In this document: positions 20,886-33,663 of the stretch, piece by piece
How positions within the stretch are numbered: the stretch's first letter is position 1
How the letters are laid out: each line of letters starts with the position of its first letter
Assembly (NCBI GenBank): GCA_000934665.2
Contig: KZ539073.1
Coordinates: 1 to 34,234 of the forward strand
Length of the DNA: 34,234 bases
Direction of reading: 5' to 3'
From: Catajapyx aquilonaris
Lineage: Eukaryota
Notes under the pieces: generated by a model
Told to the model about the DNA's origin: nothing
The model's database searches: none
Seen by the model: only the letters and a program-made list of their open reading frames with translations
Program-made: the position numbers and the translations under genes

Positions 20886-21284
20886 CACCCCCCCCAAAAA
20901 AAATTTGTTGACAGAACCAAAATATGGTTCATGGAACCAAATTAGGGGGGTTAATATATACAACCTATCAAAATTTCGGTTGAAGTAACCAAACAAAATA
21001 GACTGTCGCATTTTGTCTAGGTAACCAAAATATTGGTTGTTCTGACGTGTTTCTCACTTGTTCGTGGTGGCGCAGGGGCCAAGGCTCACTTGCAGGAGCT
21101 GACCGCGAACCATACGTCACTAAACATCCACCCCTCGTCTGATTGGTCTGCCACGCAAGCAAAATTTTTTTTGTTGCGCCAACCGCGTGATTTTGGTTCT
21201 GCCAAGTGCAGTTTTGGTTGAATCGACCCTTTAGCATTCTACCAAATCTTTTTGGTTACTTCAACTTATTCCTTTTTTTCGGGG
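20886..21284. mobile_element. Degenerate CACTA/EnSpm-like non-autonomous element
   Basis: CACCCC-polyA start, polyT-CGGGG end, many AACCAAA/TTTGGTT motifs including the perfect IR GTTGAAGTAACCAAA/TTTGGTTACTTCAAC. Confidence 0.6.
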
Positions 21285-21820
21285 AATAGATATCATAGCA
21301 GATCATAATTATAACCATGCGATGACATCCGTAGCGAATCCGAAGTCGGAAAAATTAATTATTCAGTTAATGTTTCTTGACATAATGAAAAAATATAAGT
21401 CCGAGAGGAATTGAGCATCTTTATTAGGAATACTCTTTTTAATCACATTGGCATTTTAATGTTAGTTCTTATCTTGCAATTTTAATAAGAGCGGGCGGAG
21501 GGAATATCACATCACACAAGAACAAGATGAGGGCTAAAAGTTATTTTTTTGAAATGCGCCGGACAAGTGATAAGTAGAAATAACTTAGTAGAAAATATAC
21601 AATATATCCTGAAGTGCAGTACCTCTGTAGCACAGCATGCAAGTCAATAGAACTAACTCTGTAGGTACAGTACAGTAGGCTACCTGCCCACCAAATGGGA
21701 TGATTTACGATCTGAATTAAACGAGTGTTCAGACTTGGAACTTAAAATATAAAATTGAGGACACTATTATATAAACTTAGAGCATGTATAGCATTCATAA
21801 TCAGGCCCATTGGTAGAATA

Positions 21821-22053
21821 ATTGAATCGTGGAAATCCAAACCGCGCTATGTTGCATTTTCAAGATTTGCGAATCTCGACCTTATTGTACGAAGCCCATA
21901 ATAACGAAAATATGGATCGCACATGCGTGGTATTGGTATCCACTGAAAGATTTGCCGAAACTGTCGACATACCACGTGGTCCGATCCGCAAGGTCGAGAT
22001 TCGCAAATCTTGAAAATGCAAGATAGCGCGGTTTGTGATTTCCACGATTCAAT
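21821..22053. mobile_element. MITE with ~65-bp near-perfect TIRs, unclassified
   Basis: ATTGAATCGTGGAAATCCAAACCGCGCTATGTTGCATTTTCAAGATTTGCGAATCTCGACCTT and its reverse complement at ~21990-22053; AT-rich flanks, TSD ambiguous. Confidence 0.9.
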
Positions 22054-22336
22054 ATATTATGTACTGTAGACTACAGTTTCTTTTGCTGACTTGTGCACAA
22101 TGTGCACAAATATTCGGCATGAACTCATATCCCAATTGAAATATCAATTTTGTGGTTAGCGGTTTTCTGGTACTGTTATTTATTTGAAGCAGTTACTTTT
22201 GCACGCTTACTAATCTTAGTGATTATCAAAATATTAGCTGATAATACGTATTAGTTGTGGGCTCCATCCTTTTTAACGCTTGCAAGGAAGTTTGGCTGCA
22301 AACAGTGAGTTCTATCACTGATGTTCTATGACAATA

Positions 22337-22692
22337 CAGGTAGTCCCCGGTCTACGAACGGGTTTACGTTCCTGAAAATGTCCATAAGTCGAATTTGTAC
22401 GTACCTCGGATCCCTGAAGAACAGCGCATATATACAGTATACAGTATACATATTCTGCTCCAAAGAACCACTAAACGTTATGTGTGTCTGTTTGCAAGCA
22501 CGAAAAATGTAGTTTACCAATTATTTATTAATATTATACAATATTTATGTTGAACCTGGCGTCGGTCAACATACGCAGAAGTGATTAAAAGTGGAGGAAT
22601 AATTACAGATTTTCCTTCCATGGAGCGTTGGGAGCCCTTTCGTAAATAGGGATCGCTGTAAGTCGAGTCGTTCGTAAACCGAAGACTACCTG
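22337..22692. mobile_element. Tigger/pogo-like MITE
   Basis: TA|CAGGTAGTCCCCGGTCTACGAACG versus CGTTCGTAAACCGAAGACTACCTG|TA; internal TAAGTCGA repeats. Confidence 0.85.
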
Positions 22693-23253
22693 TATATTGC
22701 TCATTGAAAAGGGTCGTTCGTAATTGGATATTAACGGCAATTCAAAACTTGGATAAAGGATTCAACTCGGTTTCGTAATAATTATTATCTAATGTAATTT
22801 ATCTGATAACCATTAAAAGTAACTAAGTTATAAAAAGCTTAAAAAGAAGCAGCACGACAAACTGCTAATCACTATTTCAATAATTGGATTACCACGGATT
22901 ACCATGTGTAGTGAGTGTTTGGAAAATGTACAGTAATACGTAAAACCTTGCAGGATTGATATGGTTGTGTATAGTGTACTTGGATCATTTTTAGTGGAGG
23001 TGTGGTTCCTAACAATATTGTACGAAAACATTTTCATAAAATATCGCAAGTGAAATTTTTCTAGTAATTACTTGTAGTTCTCTGAGTTGTGATTTGGAAC
23101 TGAGAGTACTGAATTTAGAATTATTTACTTTTAATAATAATAATATACGGTAATAATAATTCATACCCCGTTATCAGCCGGCGGCTCTTTATGGGGGAAA
23201 TTTTTGTTTTGACTGGAACTCTTTGCTTTCATTTTACTTTGCTTTTTGGGATA

Positions 23254-23374
23254 GGATAGGGACGGAAGGAAGCGGCTGTGGCCTGTTGTTACGGAAACGA
23301 CCCCAGAATTATCCTGGAAGGACCGTGGGAAACCACAGAAAACCACGGTCAGGGTCGCCGGCCCCGGGATTGAA
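23254..23374 (-). mobile_element. 5'-truncated copy of SINE family A
   Basis: GGAAGGAAGCGGCTGTGGCCT..GACCCC.GAATTATCCT..AAACCACAGAAAACCACGG aligns with 3727-3846; ends in the B-box. Confidence 0.85.
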
Positions 23375-24617
23375 TTATTTACATTTGTAATAGCCGTAAA
23401 GGCGCTTGAAACTTTCCATAACTTTGATTTGATCTTGTTATTGTAATCGCAGATAATGTCCAATTTTTATAGTTGAATTTTGATCATTACGACTACCATT
23501 TAAAAATTTATGATGTAGCTACACTTCAAATTGAAAAAATAATTTGCATACGCCAGTGTAATTAAAGTTCAGAGTTAAGGAACATTATATGACACCAAAA
23601 ATTGGGCATAAATTTACTATTGTTATAAAAATGAAAATTCTAGAAGTTCTCCGTGTCGCCAAGTTTCCATCACCGTGACGCGATTAGTACGGTCAATCGC
23701 TGCTTTTATCGCATTCTGTTATACGGTACCGGTACTCTCTTTTACTTTGTACTAAACGATTCGAAACTATGGCATTGGACCTCGCATTGAACATTCTGAT
23801 GAGTATTATTCGCACGAAAGGGGCATAATAATAAGTAATCAAATGTAAAACTAGGCCATTGAGGCATTTCTCTACCCTTACCGGACATCGCCTTTGGACA
23901 GATCACTGGTTACAAGATCGCTAATTACAAGTAAAAGCTTTTACCTCCAGTCAGAATTTCAGGGTTCTAATGCCTCAGTCATGATTTTTTACAACCAAAT
24001 GCCACAGAAATCTCTAGTCTCAGATTGACTTCACCTTTTTATCATATTTCCCGCACCTGCACGCAAAATATGCACAAGAGTTTCTGGTTATAGGAGCACG
24101 CTGGTGTTTGCCTAATTTCACGCAGCTGCTTATTATATGTTGCAGTTGTGTCGTAGTTCAGTGAATCTTCTGAAAGGATGGCTTCATAATTTCCATAAGG
24201 TGGAGGAGACTCTTCAGCTGCTGAGAAAGAAAATGAAACGGGTCGTATATCAAGTACTATTTTGGTCTCTACACCTACTGACGAATTGAGTACAATAAGA
24301 AAAGCCTCGCAAATATATAGGGAAAAACCTACTGTATATGGCTTCTAGTTCTTTTGAAATTCCGATACAATCAAGGTCTGAGGATCATAGGATTACACAT
24401 CTAGACAGTACAATTTTATGACGCAGAAAGGGCATCTCTACGCGATGAAGTGGGTACGACATAATACGAACTACAATAGAGTGGTTCGATGAGATACGAT
24501 ATTCGCTTCACGAGGTAGGCTATAGAATCTCTAGACTTCACCATCCTGCTTCATCAAAAAGGGGAGGAACATGTGTGCAACATAATAACATCCATGCTAC
24601 ATATCACCTAGTCGTTG

Positions 24618-24712
24618 ACGGATTTTGGGGAGTGACGAAACAGGTGAACCCTGGGGAAACCCACGCAAGCACAGAGAGAACCAGTCGAAACTATCACGCA
24701 TGGTGCAATCCA
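24618..24712 (-). mobile_element. V-domain fragment of SINE family B
   Basis: Minus strand GATAGTTTCGACTGGTTCTCTCTGTGCTTGCGTGGGTTTCCCCAGGGTTCACCTGTTTC..AAAATCC matches about 15953-16031. Confidence 0.7.
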
Positions 24713-25529
24713 TTGTCCGATCACTTGTGGCCGTACGCGATATTTGATATTTCTACTGATATGAGCTACATTATGAAACACACAGTATAACAAGCTACAA
24801 GAATACAGTACATTAATTTCATGCACAACAAAAAAAAACATGGCAGTACTGCCTCAGGCGTGACAGTAAGTTACCGCCGTGACAAATTGTCCTTGCTGTT
24901 AACACCTCTACTGTTATAACCTCATGCCATTTTTATCAATGGAAACAAATCGGTGCCACCAAACTCCACTTACTTATGCAGTGTTATGCCCCTCAATATA
25001 TGCACTATCTGCCCTCCCGATCTGGATCGTAATTAATGAATCCCGATTCTAAATGAGGCATTGTCAAATAACTAGGTGGTCCACCCACTTGAGTTTCTCG
25101 CCCCTCCAACTCCTTTGCATACAATGCACCTTCATGAATAAGGTGGGACCGTCCAAATATCCCATTCGATTGACTATAGTTTGAGTTGATTTTATGCTCA
25201 AAGGCTCCGAGCTGCACTTACGGGTGAGGTTATATTTCTCATTTCGATGTAGGTAGAAACTCTGCACATATGGGCAAAGTATGTTGCGTCTTGCTCTTTG
25301 CTCTTTAAAACAGACTGTGGATCAAGTGGTGCTCGTAGTTTTCTTGTATGAGCAGTCTGAGTCTAATTATAGAAGTGTTAATAAGTAATGCTCTGTGGGG
25401 TTATAGAATTCTTGTGCATCTGTGAAAAGTTACCTGGTGTTTAAAAATACAAATGACATGGGTTGAACCGGACAGTTAAAATAACTTATGAGAGCGAGCG
25501 CGATGAACTGCCTGGTACTACACTATTAC

Positions 25530-26900
25530 CAGCGTTTCTCAACCTTTTTACCATTTGGGAACCCTTGAAATCATTATCATGTCTCAGGGAACCCCAACAT
25601 AAAAATAAATATATCAATTAATGACTCAAAATTGCATTTACATATAATGATCAGCCTATTAATAGACTACACTATGCAACATGTTTTTTGTGGGAATTCA
25701 TCGCTATTTCCTTGTTCCTTAGGTAACTCGTAACTCATAATGACCTTTCATTCTCTCTGAACTTTGTTTTTAACCAAAGTCCTCGAAATATTGGGGTCAT
25801 TCCGAATGAGTCAAGTGGGCAGAAATGTTGCTAGACCATCTCAGATTTTGCTGATAATATTTAGAGCTGTACACACCTATGAATAACGCTGCATATCAAA
25901 TTTCAGACATATAGAAATTGCGCAATACCGCGGGGAGGAGGACGCTCTCGAAATTTGGGAAGGGGCAGAAAATGAGGCCTTTTTTGGCGATTTTTTTCGT
26001 TAGTGGAAGTGGTCAAAACCCAATGAACGTATCAAAAGAAGAAGGAAGACGAGACATGCAACAATTAAATTTATTTTCCTTGAAAATGTAACAAGAAAAA
26101 TGTGTGCGACATTGGTCACAATCATGTGCAAGAATTTGGATCCCCGAAAATTAGCGATGTACTGTATCTACGAAACACCTCACATTTTCTCGCGAGCCAT
26201 GCATGAACCAGGCTTTAAACTGAACATATTAAACCTCATGTGTGGCTCACAACTCCTGTCACCAAAATAATATGACTGATTTTACGCAAACACATCACTA
26301 ATTGTTGCGGTCCAAATTCTTTGTGACTGAGCATGTGACCCATGGTATGCCACGCGCATTTTTCTGGTTACATTGTCAAGGAAAATCAATTCAATTGTTG
26401 CATTCTCCTCGTCATTCCCTTTCATTTGATATACTGTACATGTTTATTGGGTTTTGACCCCGTCCACTATCCGAAAAATATTTTCCAAAAAGTGCCTCAT
26501 TTTCAGCCGTTTCCAAAATTTTGCGATTTTTTCCCCTCACCACGGTATTGCGTAGTATGGCTGAACCTTGATATGCAGTGTTATGGCATAGGTGTGTACA
26601 ACTGTCATTTCTTTAACCAAAATCAGAGATGGTCAGGCAACATTTCGGCCCACTTGATTCGGAATGACCCCTACATTTCGAGGAATTTGATTTTTTGACT
26701 GCCCCGGGTCGAAAACAAATATATTTCAGACAAAATGAATAATCATTATGAGAATGTGAGTTATGAGTGACTTAAGGAACATGGTAATAGCTATGAATAG
26801 TCCCATGGCCAGAAAAATATTATTTTTGTTACATAGTGTTATCACTATTTCTCGCGGAACCCCTGGCAACTGCTCGAGGAACCCCGGTTGAGAAACGCTG
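25530..26900. mobile_element. hAT MITE (Buster-like) hosting a nested fold-back element
   Basis: Perfect 15-bp TIR CAGCGTTTCTCAACC/GGTTGAGAAACGCTG; subterminal GGAACCC repeats; degenerate TSD CACTATTAC/CACTATAG. Confidence 0.88.
25793..26671. mobile_element. Fold-back element with ~370-bp imperfect TIRs (GGGGTCATTCCGAAT family)
   Basis: Arms about 25793-26160 and 26290-26671 align throughout; right end GAATGACCCC|TA; related arm at 33664-33885. Confidence 0.9.
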
Positions 26901-26917
26901 CACTATAGTATACAGTA

Positions 26918-27070
26918 AGGTGAAGTGGGGGAAGTGCACACCCGGGGTAAGTGCATATATTGTGCCGCCATATTGGAATGAAAATGGCTGACGACACCAA
27001 AACGCGTCAGCCATGTAGCTGCACACAATATATGCACTTACCCCGGGTGTGCACTTCCCCCACTTCACCT
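26918..27070. mobile_element. Young pogo-like MITE
   Basis: Perfect 47-bp TIR AGGTGAAGTGGGGGAAGTGCACACCCGGGGTAAGTGCATATATTGTG; TA on both sides; inner hairpin ATGGCTGACG/CGTCAGCCAT. Confidence 0.92.
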
Positions 27071-27869
27071 TACCTCTTTATATATAATATGATATCCTCA
27101 CGCAGAATAAAATAACTAGGCATAATAAATTATAGACCATATGTCAACACTAATCTGCTTGTTCAATTCTATATTTAAAATTTTGCATTTTTGTATAAAC
27201 CCTCGCAAAATTTTAAAGACGTCTGGTAGCATTGTACTCTCACTTTTGTGTATGAATTCAAGAATAATCTTAAGAAGGTCTGTAAAAATTTTATTCCTGC
27301 AATAAGGTAGCCTAGAGAGGATATACGAGAAGGGTGGTGCATTATTCAAAGGTACTATTAAGTCTGACCATAAGCACTGATATGCAAAATGAGGCTCACA
27401 TTTTCGTGTTCAGGAAACCATGACTCGGACTCCCGTGAAAGTCTCGCCTTCGGGAACAAACCATGCAATGCTCAACCGACTATCCGTCCTCTAATCATTC
27501 CGCCCTGTAATCACTGTGGTTGGTAAAGGAGTTGGCTTGCTGGAAAAAACACCACGATCGCAACTAAAATCTTTCGCAATGACACTTGACGTCCCATTCC
27601 CCTTGAATATATCGTACAATATTCTGTTACTGTGCGCATACCGGGTGTTCCCATTTAAATTCGGCTAATCTCTGACAACCCCTAAACTGTTACAAAATAA
27701 GCAGCTTAGTGCCTAAAAATCGCTAACCACTAAGGGCATTTAATAAATATGCATGAACACGTGCTGCACCGGCAAGCGCATCATCTGAACCGTGCCAAAT
27801 TGGTCCCGCCCCATATAAGAAAGTACATAATAAGTGTGCATGGTGCATCGTTGTACGAGTTAAAACTTG

Positions 27870-28040
27870 AAAGCAAGGTTCTCCACGTAGTGCCCAAGGC
27901 TGTGCCTCATTGCCGAGAAGGAAATGCTGATTACAAGCATAATGAAGTGTGGCTGAAAGGTGGGACGCGCCATCATCCTTCACTCATATTGCCAAGCCCA
28001 CCCTGCAGCTCGCTGCTTACCCCCTCGGATTTCGCTCTGA
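27870..28040 (+). pseudogene. Possible highly decayed mariner transposase fragment
   Basis: ILPSPPCSSLLTPSDFAL resembles the mariner motif VLPHPPYSPDLAPSDF; upstream LHVVPK and, in another frame, AIILH are in the expected order. Confidence 0.4.
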
Positions 28041-30552
28041 CAAGCTCTAAAACTGCTAGAAAAAAAAAGAAGTAGAAGAATACTAAGTGATGCCAAGGCG
28101 GTTGTAATATTCTCCACCTGACAACACTACCCCCTGCATTCGCCACAGTGGACTCGCCAAACGAACACAATTAGCAGAAGGACGTTTGTTTTGAGGACGA
28201 AGAGAATATGGCGACTGATGATGCATTTTTGGGGCCTTATTAGCATGATTTATTTTTCAATAACGAAATCGGTTTTTATAGGGTGATTCATACTGAATGA
28301 TACTTGACACACGTCTGTGTTATGAGGAAATCAGAATTGAGCTTTCAGTGTTGGACTGGTACACAATGATAACCTATAGTAGGCCTACATAAGTGTCCAA
28401 GGTCTGCGTAAGGTCTTAAGATTATCGCATCATAAAAAATGCCTTGACGTGCCAGGGGACAAGCGTGAAGAATATTATAAACAGTGCATGAATGGCATGA
28501 GAGGAGTGAGTCCCTTGCTGGAACTATAGTTCAGGGTTGTGCAAAAGGTGCTCACTTCCTCTCGGATTTTTCTGCGGTTCAGGTTTCTTGTGTAGCCTGA
28601 GACTTTAAAGATGAAGTTACGCTATTTAATTTTGGTGAGTTAGATTTTATTAGGCCTTGGAGAAAATTGCATGTTAATTTTTATTATGGTACCCATGGGT
28701 ATTATGATGGTAAATATCACGTTCGTTAGACAACAAATCAAGCAAGTGTGGTTGGGGGTGGGTATAGTCAGCAGGCTCTTATCTATGATATTATTCACGT
28801 ATGGGATGAACGTAATATTTACAGGCGATTATGTAATGGGGACCGGTCTCCAAATTCACAGCTACAATCATTTTCGTCTTTAAATATAGCAAGGAGCCAG
28901 GTCCGAGAGGAAATGAGACCTTTTGCACACCATGCATATTGTGATTCGTATTCTAGGTTTTTAGGGCCTCTTTTTTAATGAAATGGGGAGGTCGATATGC
29001 GATGGATACAATACAACTGTGCTATATTAACCCAGGTGACAGTGCAGTTGAGCAAAATTGGTCACTCACCAGATCTCGGTACTTCATTGTAATACATGCC
29101 TGCTGAATGAATGTTTTCATTGAACCTAATACTAGAGGATATACGGTACCGTATTATCAGCTCCTAAAAGCAACTGTTTGAAGTTACTGCTTTATAATAA
29201 GCAACTTACTGAAAAAGTTTACAAAAAATCGACGTCAGTAGCTAGGCTATGTTTAAAAAAAGCAACAATGGCTCCTCATGTTACTGGACATCTTACAGCC
29301 TTCCATGCTGAGGTATGTCACTCTGATATTGGACTAAGACCTATTCCCTTCGCCCCGGATGTCACACCTATGCAGAATTAAACTCTCGAGCCCCGAAAAA
29401 GTTATGAGGTGTGGGATGATATGATTAGCAAAGACATAAAAGTCATATTATCTGCTTCATGTCACCCCTAGCTAGTTATGCAGTCTCTCATTACAGGAGT
29501 ACTATAAAGCAGGCACATTTGACCATTCTGACTCTTGTAACATGCTTAATACCCATTGTGGTACCCATTCTTGATTCTTCTGGAATGAACCGTTTTGTTA
29601 CATAGCATTTCCGAATAGTTAGCAAGAATGGGTATAAAGCGGGCAAAAAAAGATGCAAAAGCATAGACCCTGCATAATGACAATAATTTAAAGGACGGAG
29701 AGAAGTAGGTGTTGCTATACTCTGATCCGAATCTGTGAAAATATCACCAAGGCTCGTAATTCACTTTGGCTCCCTTGACTGCAAGAGAAGTGATGGGTGA
29801 GTGAGGAAATGGGCCTTCAGCTTTCCTGCTGTGCGGATCAAATTTGAAGGTACCTTTGAGCACATGAGAGTACCACTTTGGCGTAAGAGAGTCGATACGG
29901 AAGTGACCCAAAATCTGATACACACTATATTTTTGTTGGACTTTCAATGGTGAATTTCAGCTCCAGGAGCGAAATGTTGATTTTATATGGAGCTGCAATT
30001 TCAATTTATCCAATACAGATCACTGTACTCTATGTCAGCTGATTCAGTGTTCAAATTCACATTACTGCAATACCAGAAAAATCGAGAAAAACGGAGTTTT
30101 TCGTTTTTGTTTTACATAATTAGGAATAACTTCTCCTAAAATTGTAGCAATTTCAGGGAGTAAACAATCCTTGAAAGGATCCTTTGTTGCACTACAGTTG
30201 ACTGTAGTAGATGAGACATGTCCAGATTTTTCGCATTTGACATTTTCATTTTTCATTGTCATCAAATAAGTTTACTTTGGAATGACTTGGAAAATTATTG
30301 GAGTATACATCATAGCCGATTTTTAAAACATATATTTACCTTAACTTACTCGTAACCGTGTCCGATCATGAATGATTTTTACCCCTCAAGCTAGCGAATA
30401 TCACATGTTTATATGATTTAGCGACATCCTGTGAAACTGGAAAAATTTTCCTATATGAATGTCATTCGAGTTGCCATCTCAAAGACTTTATGGTGGTTTA
30501 TTGATATTTATCTACGGACAAGTTATATGAACAAATCTCAATTTTTAAATGT

Positions 30553-31147
30553 AGCAATTTCCGTGTCATTGGCCTATCCGCATAATCATGACATTTGATA
30601 TCAGAAACGTTCATGTGGAAATGGATCAATGTCATTGCTATATTCCTCCGGCTCTCCTCAATGGCATATGGCATGTTTAGTGTGTATACTGTAGGTATGT
30701 ACAAGTATTAAGATTCTGTAAGTTGCAGAGGTTATTTTTTAGTATGGGTTGCATGATCGATAGTAAATCTACAACAAGTGATTAAACCTGTGTGAATAAC
30801 ATGGGTCAACTACTCGTTCTAGTTTTATCATCGATCACAAAACCGGTTTCTTACTGGCTAGAACCCAAGTGCAAACAGATTCTTTGCCAGCAACTTCGTA
30901 AGATGACAGAGGATTTCCAGTAGCAACCGACGCGACGTACGCATTTAATGCAATACTACAAGTATCATATTGTTATCCGAAAAAAAACATAATCATTGTT
31001 ACACGATGTGAGCGTGTGTTATTATTATTAGTGAGCGCGAGGCGACGATTCTTTTCATTTACCTGACAATATTGATCCAGCCCCACCTGAGCATTTCCGA
31101 GATCAAATATCACGATAATTATGGATAGGCCAATGACACTGAAACTG
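30553..31147. mobile_element. Old inverted-repeat element; arms may extend to about 30455 and 31290
   Basis: GTGTCATTGGCCTATCC..ATTTGAT..TGGATCAAT (30563-30630) versus ATTGATCCA..ATCAAAT..GGATAGGCCAATGACAC (31071-31139). Confidence 0.7.
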
Positions 31148-32587
31148 TCACCTTTTCAAGAATTATGAGGATAATGAACGATATACTAGCCCCACTTGCG
31201 TGCAATAAATCCCTTTAAACATTTAACAAAAGACGATAATGCCTATAATTCGGCCAAACCAATTGTAGTACTTACTTGAATGGCATTTTAATTGGGAATT
31301 ATAGTAGATTTAAATTTAGGAGAACCCTTGGATACTTGAGATCCAGTAATTGCTCAGGTTACACTTGCTCTTTAAATGCGAACAAAGCTGCGACTGTCGA
31401 GAGTCAAAATCATGTGAAGTTTTAAGTGTAACTATGAAAATAATGGCATTGCAACATCGTCATAGTAGTTACCCTCAGGTGTAACAAATTAACGACAATA
31501 ACAATAGTAAAATTCAGTCTCCTCTAAAAAAATACACATTTGACTAACACGGATGGCATCCTTTTAGCATATCATTTAAAACCTCTTGATGCATTCCAAA
31601 AATGATGTATACAGTCTTTTTTTATTGTATCACTTCTGCTGCCAAGAGGTCGATTTTTTCTCCCTTTCCCTTCTCACCCTTCTTACAACTTCCTCTACCA
31701 TTACTTCCTCTTCTTTCTCCTCTTGGTTTTTAGCCCTGAAGGCTTTAGCCATATGGGTAGCACGGGAAAAGGAAGCCCCTCTTTTTTAATGCCAGGGCTT
31801 GGAAATATTACGACTGCTACGATAGCGCTATTAATGGCATATTATAAGTACTACCATCCCGTCTTTCACTCCTTTGTTGTCCTGTTTTTTGAGGGGGCGA
31901 GGAAATATCAGAGGCTTGACAATCATGGTTGTGTGGGATTATTAGCAAATATTAAATGTCGACAGGAAGTATGGCAGATGGTCTTCCTGCAGTTGCCGGG
32001 TTTCACGTACTTTTGTCTTTTTTACGGGGGGAAAAAGACAAGTTTGAAAAAAAGGTTTTGAACAATATACCTTTTATTCAGATGGGGTGTGCCCTAATTT
32101 GTTTATAAAAACAATGCATTTGGTCAAGGAATCATTGCCAATAGATGCCCACTCTGAGAATGCATATTGTCGAAATGTCATTATTTTCATGGTTCCACTC
32201 AAAATTATTATTATTCGACGTTCTGTAGTGTCAGCATTGTTCGCATAGCGAGACGTTTAAAGCACAGCTGTAACCTCAGCAATTACTGAGGATCTCAAGT
32301 TCGGGAAAAGTGGCTGTTTCCTTCCCCCAAACGCCCTTGATTAGTATGCAGATTGACGTTGGGGTTTAGCACAGAAACAATTAAAGGGAGGCGAATAAGA
32401 GTTAAATCATAAGTGACGCCTGGTGTCGGTTCGTGTCTAAAGTATCCTCAGACCCCCCCCCCNCCCCCCCCCAATAACTGAATTCATGGGCAGGAAAGCC
32501 TTCGTGTTTTTATATTTGATATTACCTGGCCAGCTAATGGGGTAAAATAAATAAAATAAAAAAATAAAATAAAAATATTTGATATTA

Positions 32588-33661
32588 CGAGGGGCAGTCG
32601 GAAAGTAAGTTTCGCGATGCTACAGATTCGACTCCATGCGACGGACCGTTGGGGGCCAGTAGGGTGGGTGATCAAGCTCCTCGAAGCCACAGTTCCTCAC
32701 AGCAGCCTTGGAAACATCGTCCTGTAACCTGGTGCATTATCCTGAAGTTGGCAAACACCACAACTCAGCTTCCCACATCCCACATCTCCTCTTCTTCATG
32801 GCATCAAGAAACCTGTGCAGCATGCCAGAGTACGACTCCCCATAGACAATCGTGTTTTAATCCTTGAAGTCTATCAGCAGTAAGATTCCTTTGGAATTCT
32901 AAAGAATCGTCACCATGGTCTTCTTGGTCGACCGGATCACTCGACCACTTTCCGCCCGCCTTATGCCATTCTATTAATATTCTCTTTTTGATAGAGGATC
33001 ATAGCACAGGACCATAGTTTCATCTCCTGTGACGATGGACTCCAGTACTTCTTTATGTTCGCCACGGCGAAGGTCCGAAAACGTTTGGCAACATGTTACG
33101 CATTTTTGCTTTTGAATTGCGGACAGAAGTCGGGGCACCCATCTTGTGCTGACCGTTTTCATATGAAGGTGTTGATGAAGAATGAGAGGAATGGTGGTGT
33201 CTGAAAGCCCCAACCTTGCTAAGAGTTCCTCCACCTTCAAGGGCCTGCTTGCAGCACCTACTCCTCCACAAGTGAGACGGTCTCTGCTGTAAGCACCTCC
33301 ACGGGCTGAAAGTCGCATAGCACGCCTTCGTTGCTCTCTCAACCCAAACGAAACTGCTTAGCCCATTCCTTCATGGTGGAATATGAAGAGAAAACTTCAC
33401 CATACACACCCTCCAAGCCCTGTTTAGTAGACATGGTAGTAAGGCCTTCCTTGGTGAGGAACTTGATCACTCTCGATACTAGATTTTCACCATTTTGCAA
33501 CTCGTCTGACTAAAGTTGACTTTTCTAAGAGACTGACTGACTTTGCCGGGTGAAACTTGTACATTCCTCCGCTCATAGTTGGGACTACCTGACACTATAG
33601 TTGTTTTATTTCTATCACGCCTGGAACATAGTCAGGCAGGAAACTTTTGGCGCCTACCTCG
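32588..33661 (-). mobile_element. Defective mariner element, irritans/Himar1-like
   Basis: TA|CGAGG termini at both ends (TA at 32586-32587 and 33662-33663) enclosing a transposase pseudogene. Confidence 0.9.
32655..33493 (-). pseudogene. Mariner (DD34D-type) transposase pseudogene, C-terminally truncated
   Basis: From ATG at 33493: VIKFLTKEG..VYGE..SYSTMKEWAKQFRLG, then RWVPRLL, IVTGDETMV..YDP, LQDNAP and GFEELDHPPY; several stops and frameshifts; SPDLAPSD and the downstream part are missing. Confidence 0.93.
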
Positions 33662-33663
33662 TA

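Noticed and set aside
23790..23846. Hammerhead ribozyme (CTGATGA..GAAA with ACATT/AATGT stem I)
   Set aside because: Stem II is only 2 bp, stem III does not pair, and the cleavage triplet is out of register
31620..31760. Minus-strand charged terminal exon (KNQEEKEEEVMVEEVVRRVRREREKK, then stop and AATAAA)
   Set aside because: A purine-rich low-complexity tract gives charged peptides in any frame; no recognisable protein or clear acceptor
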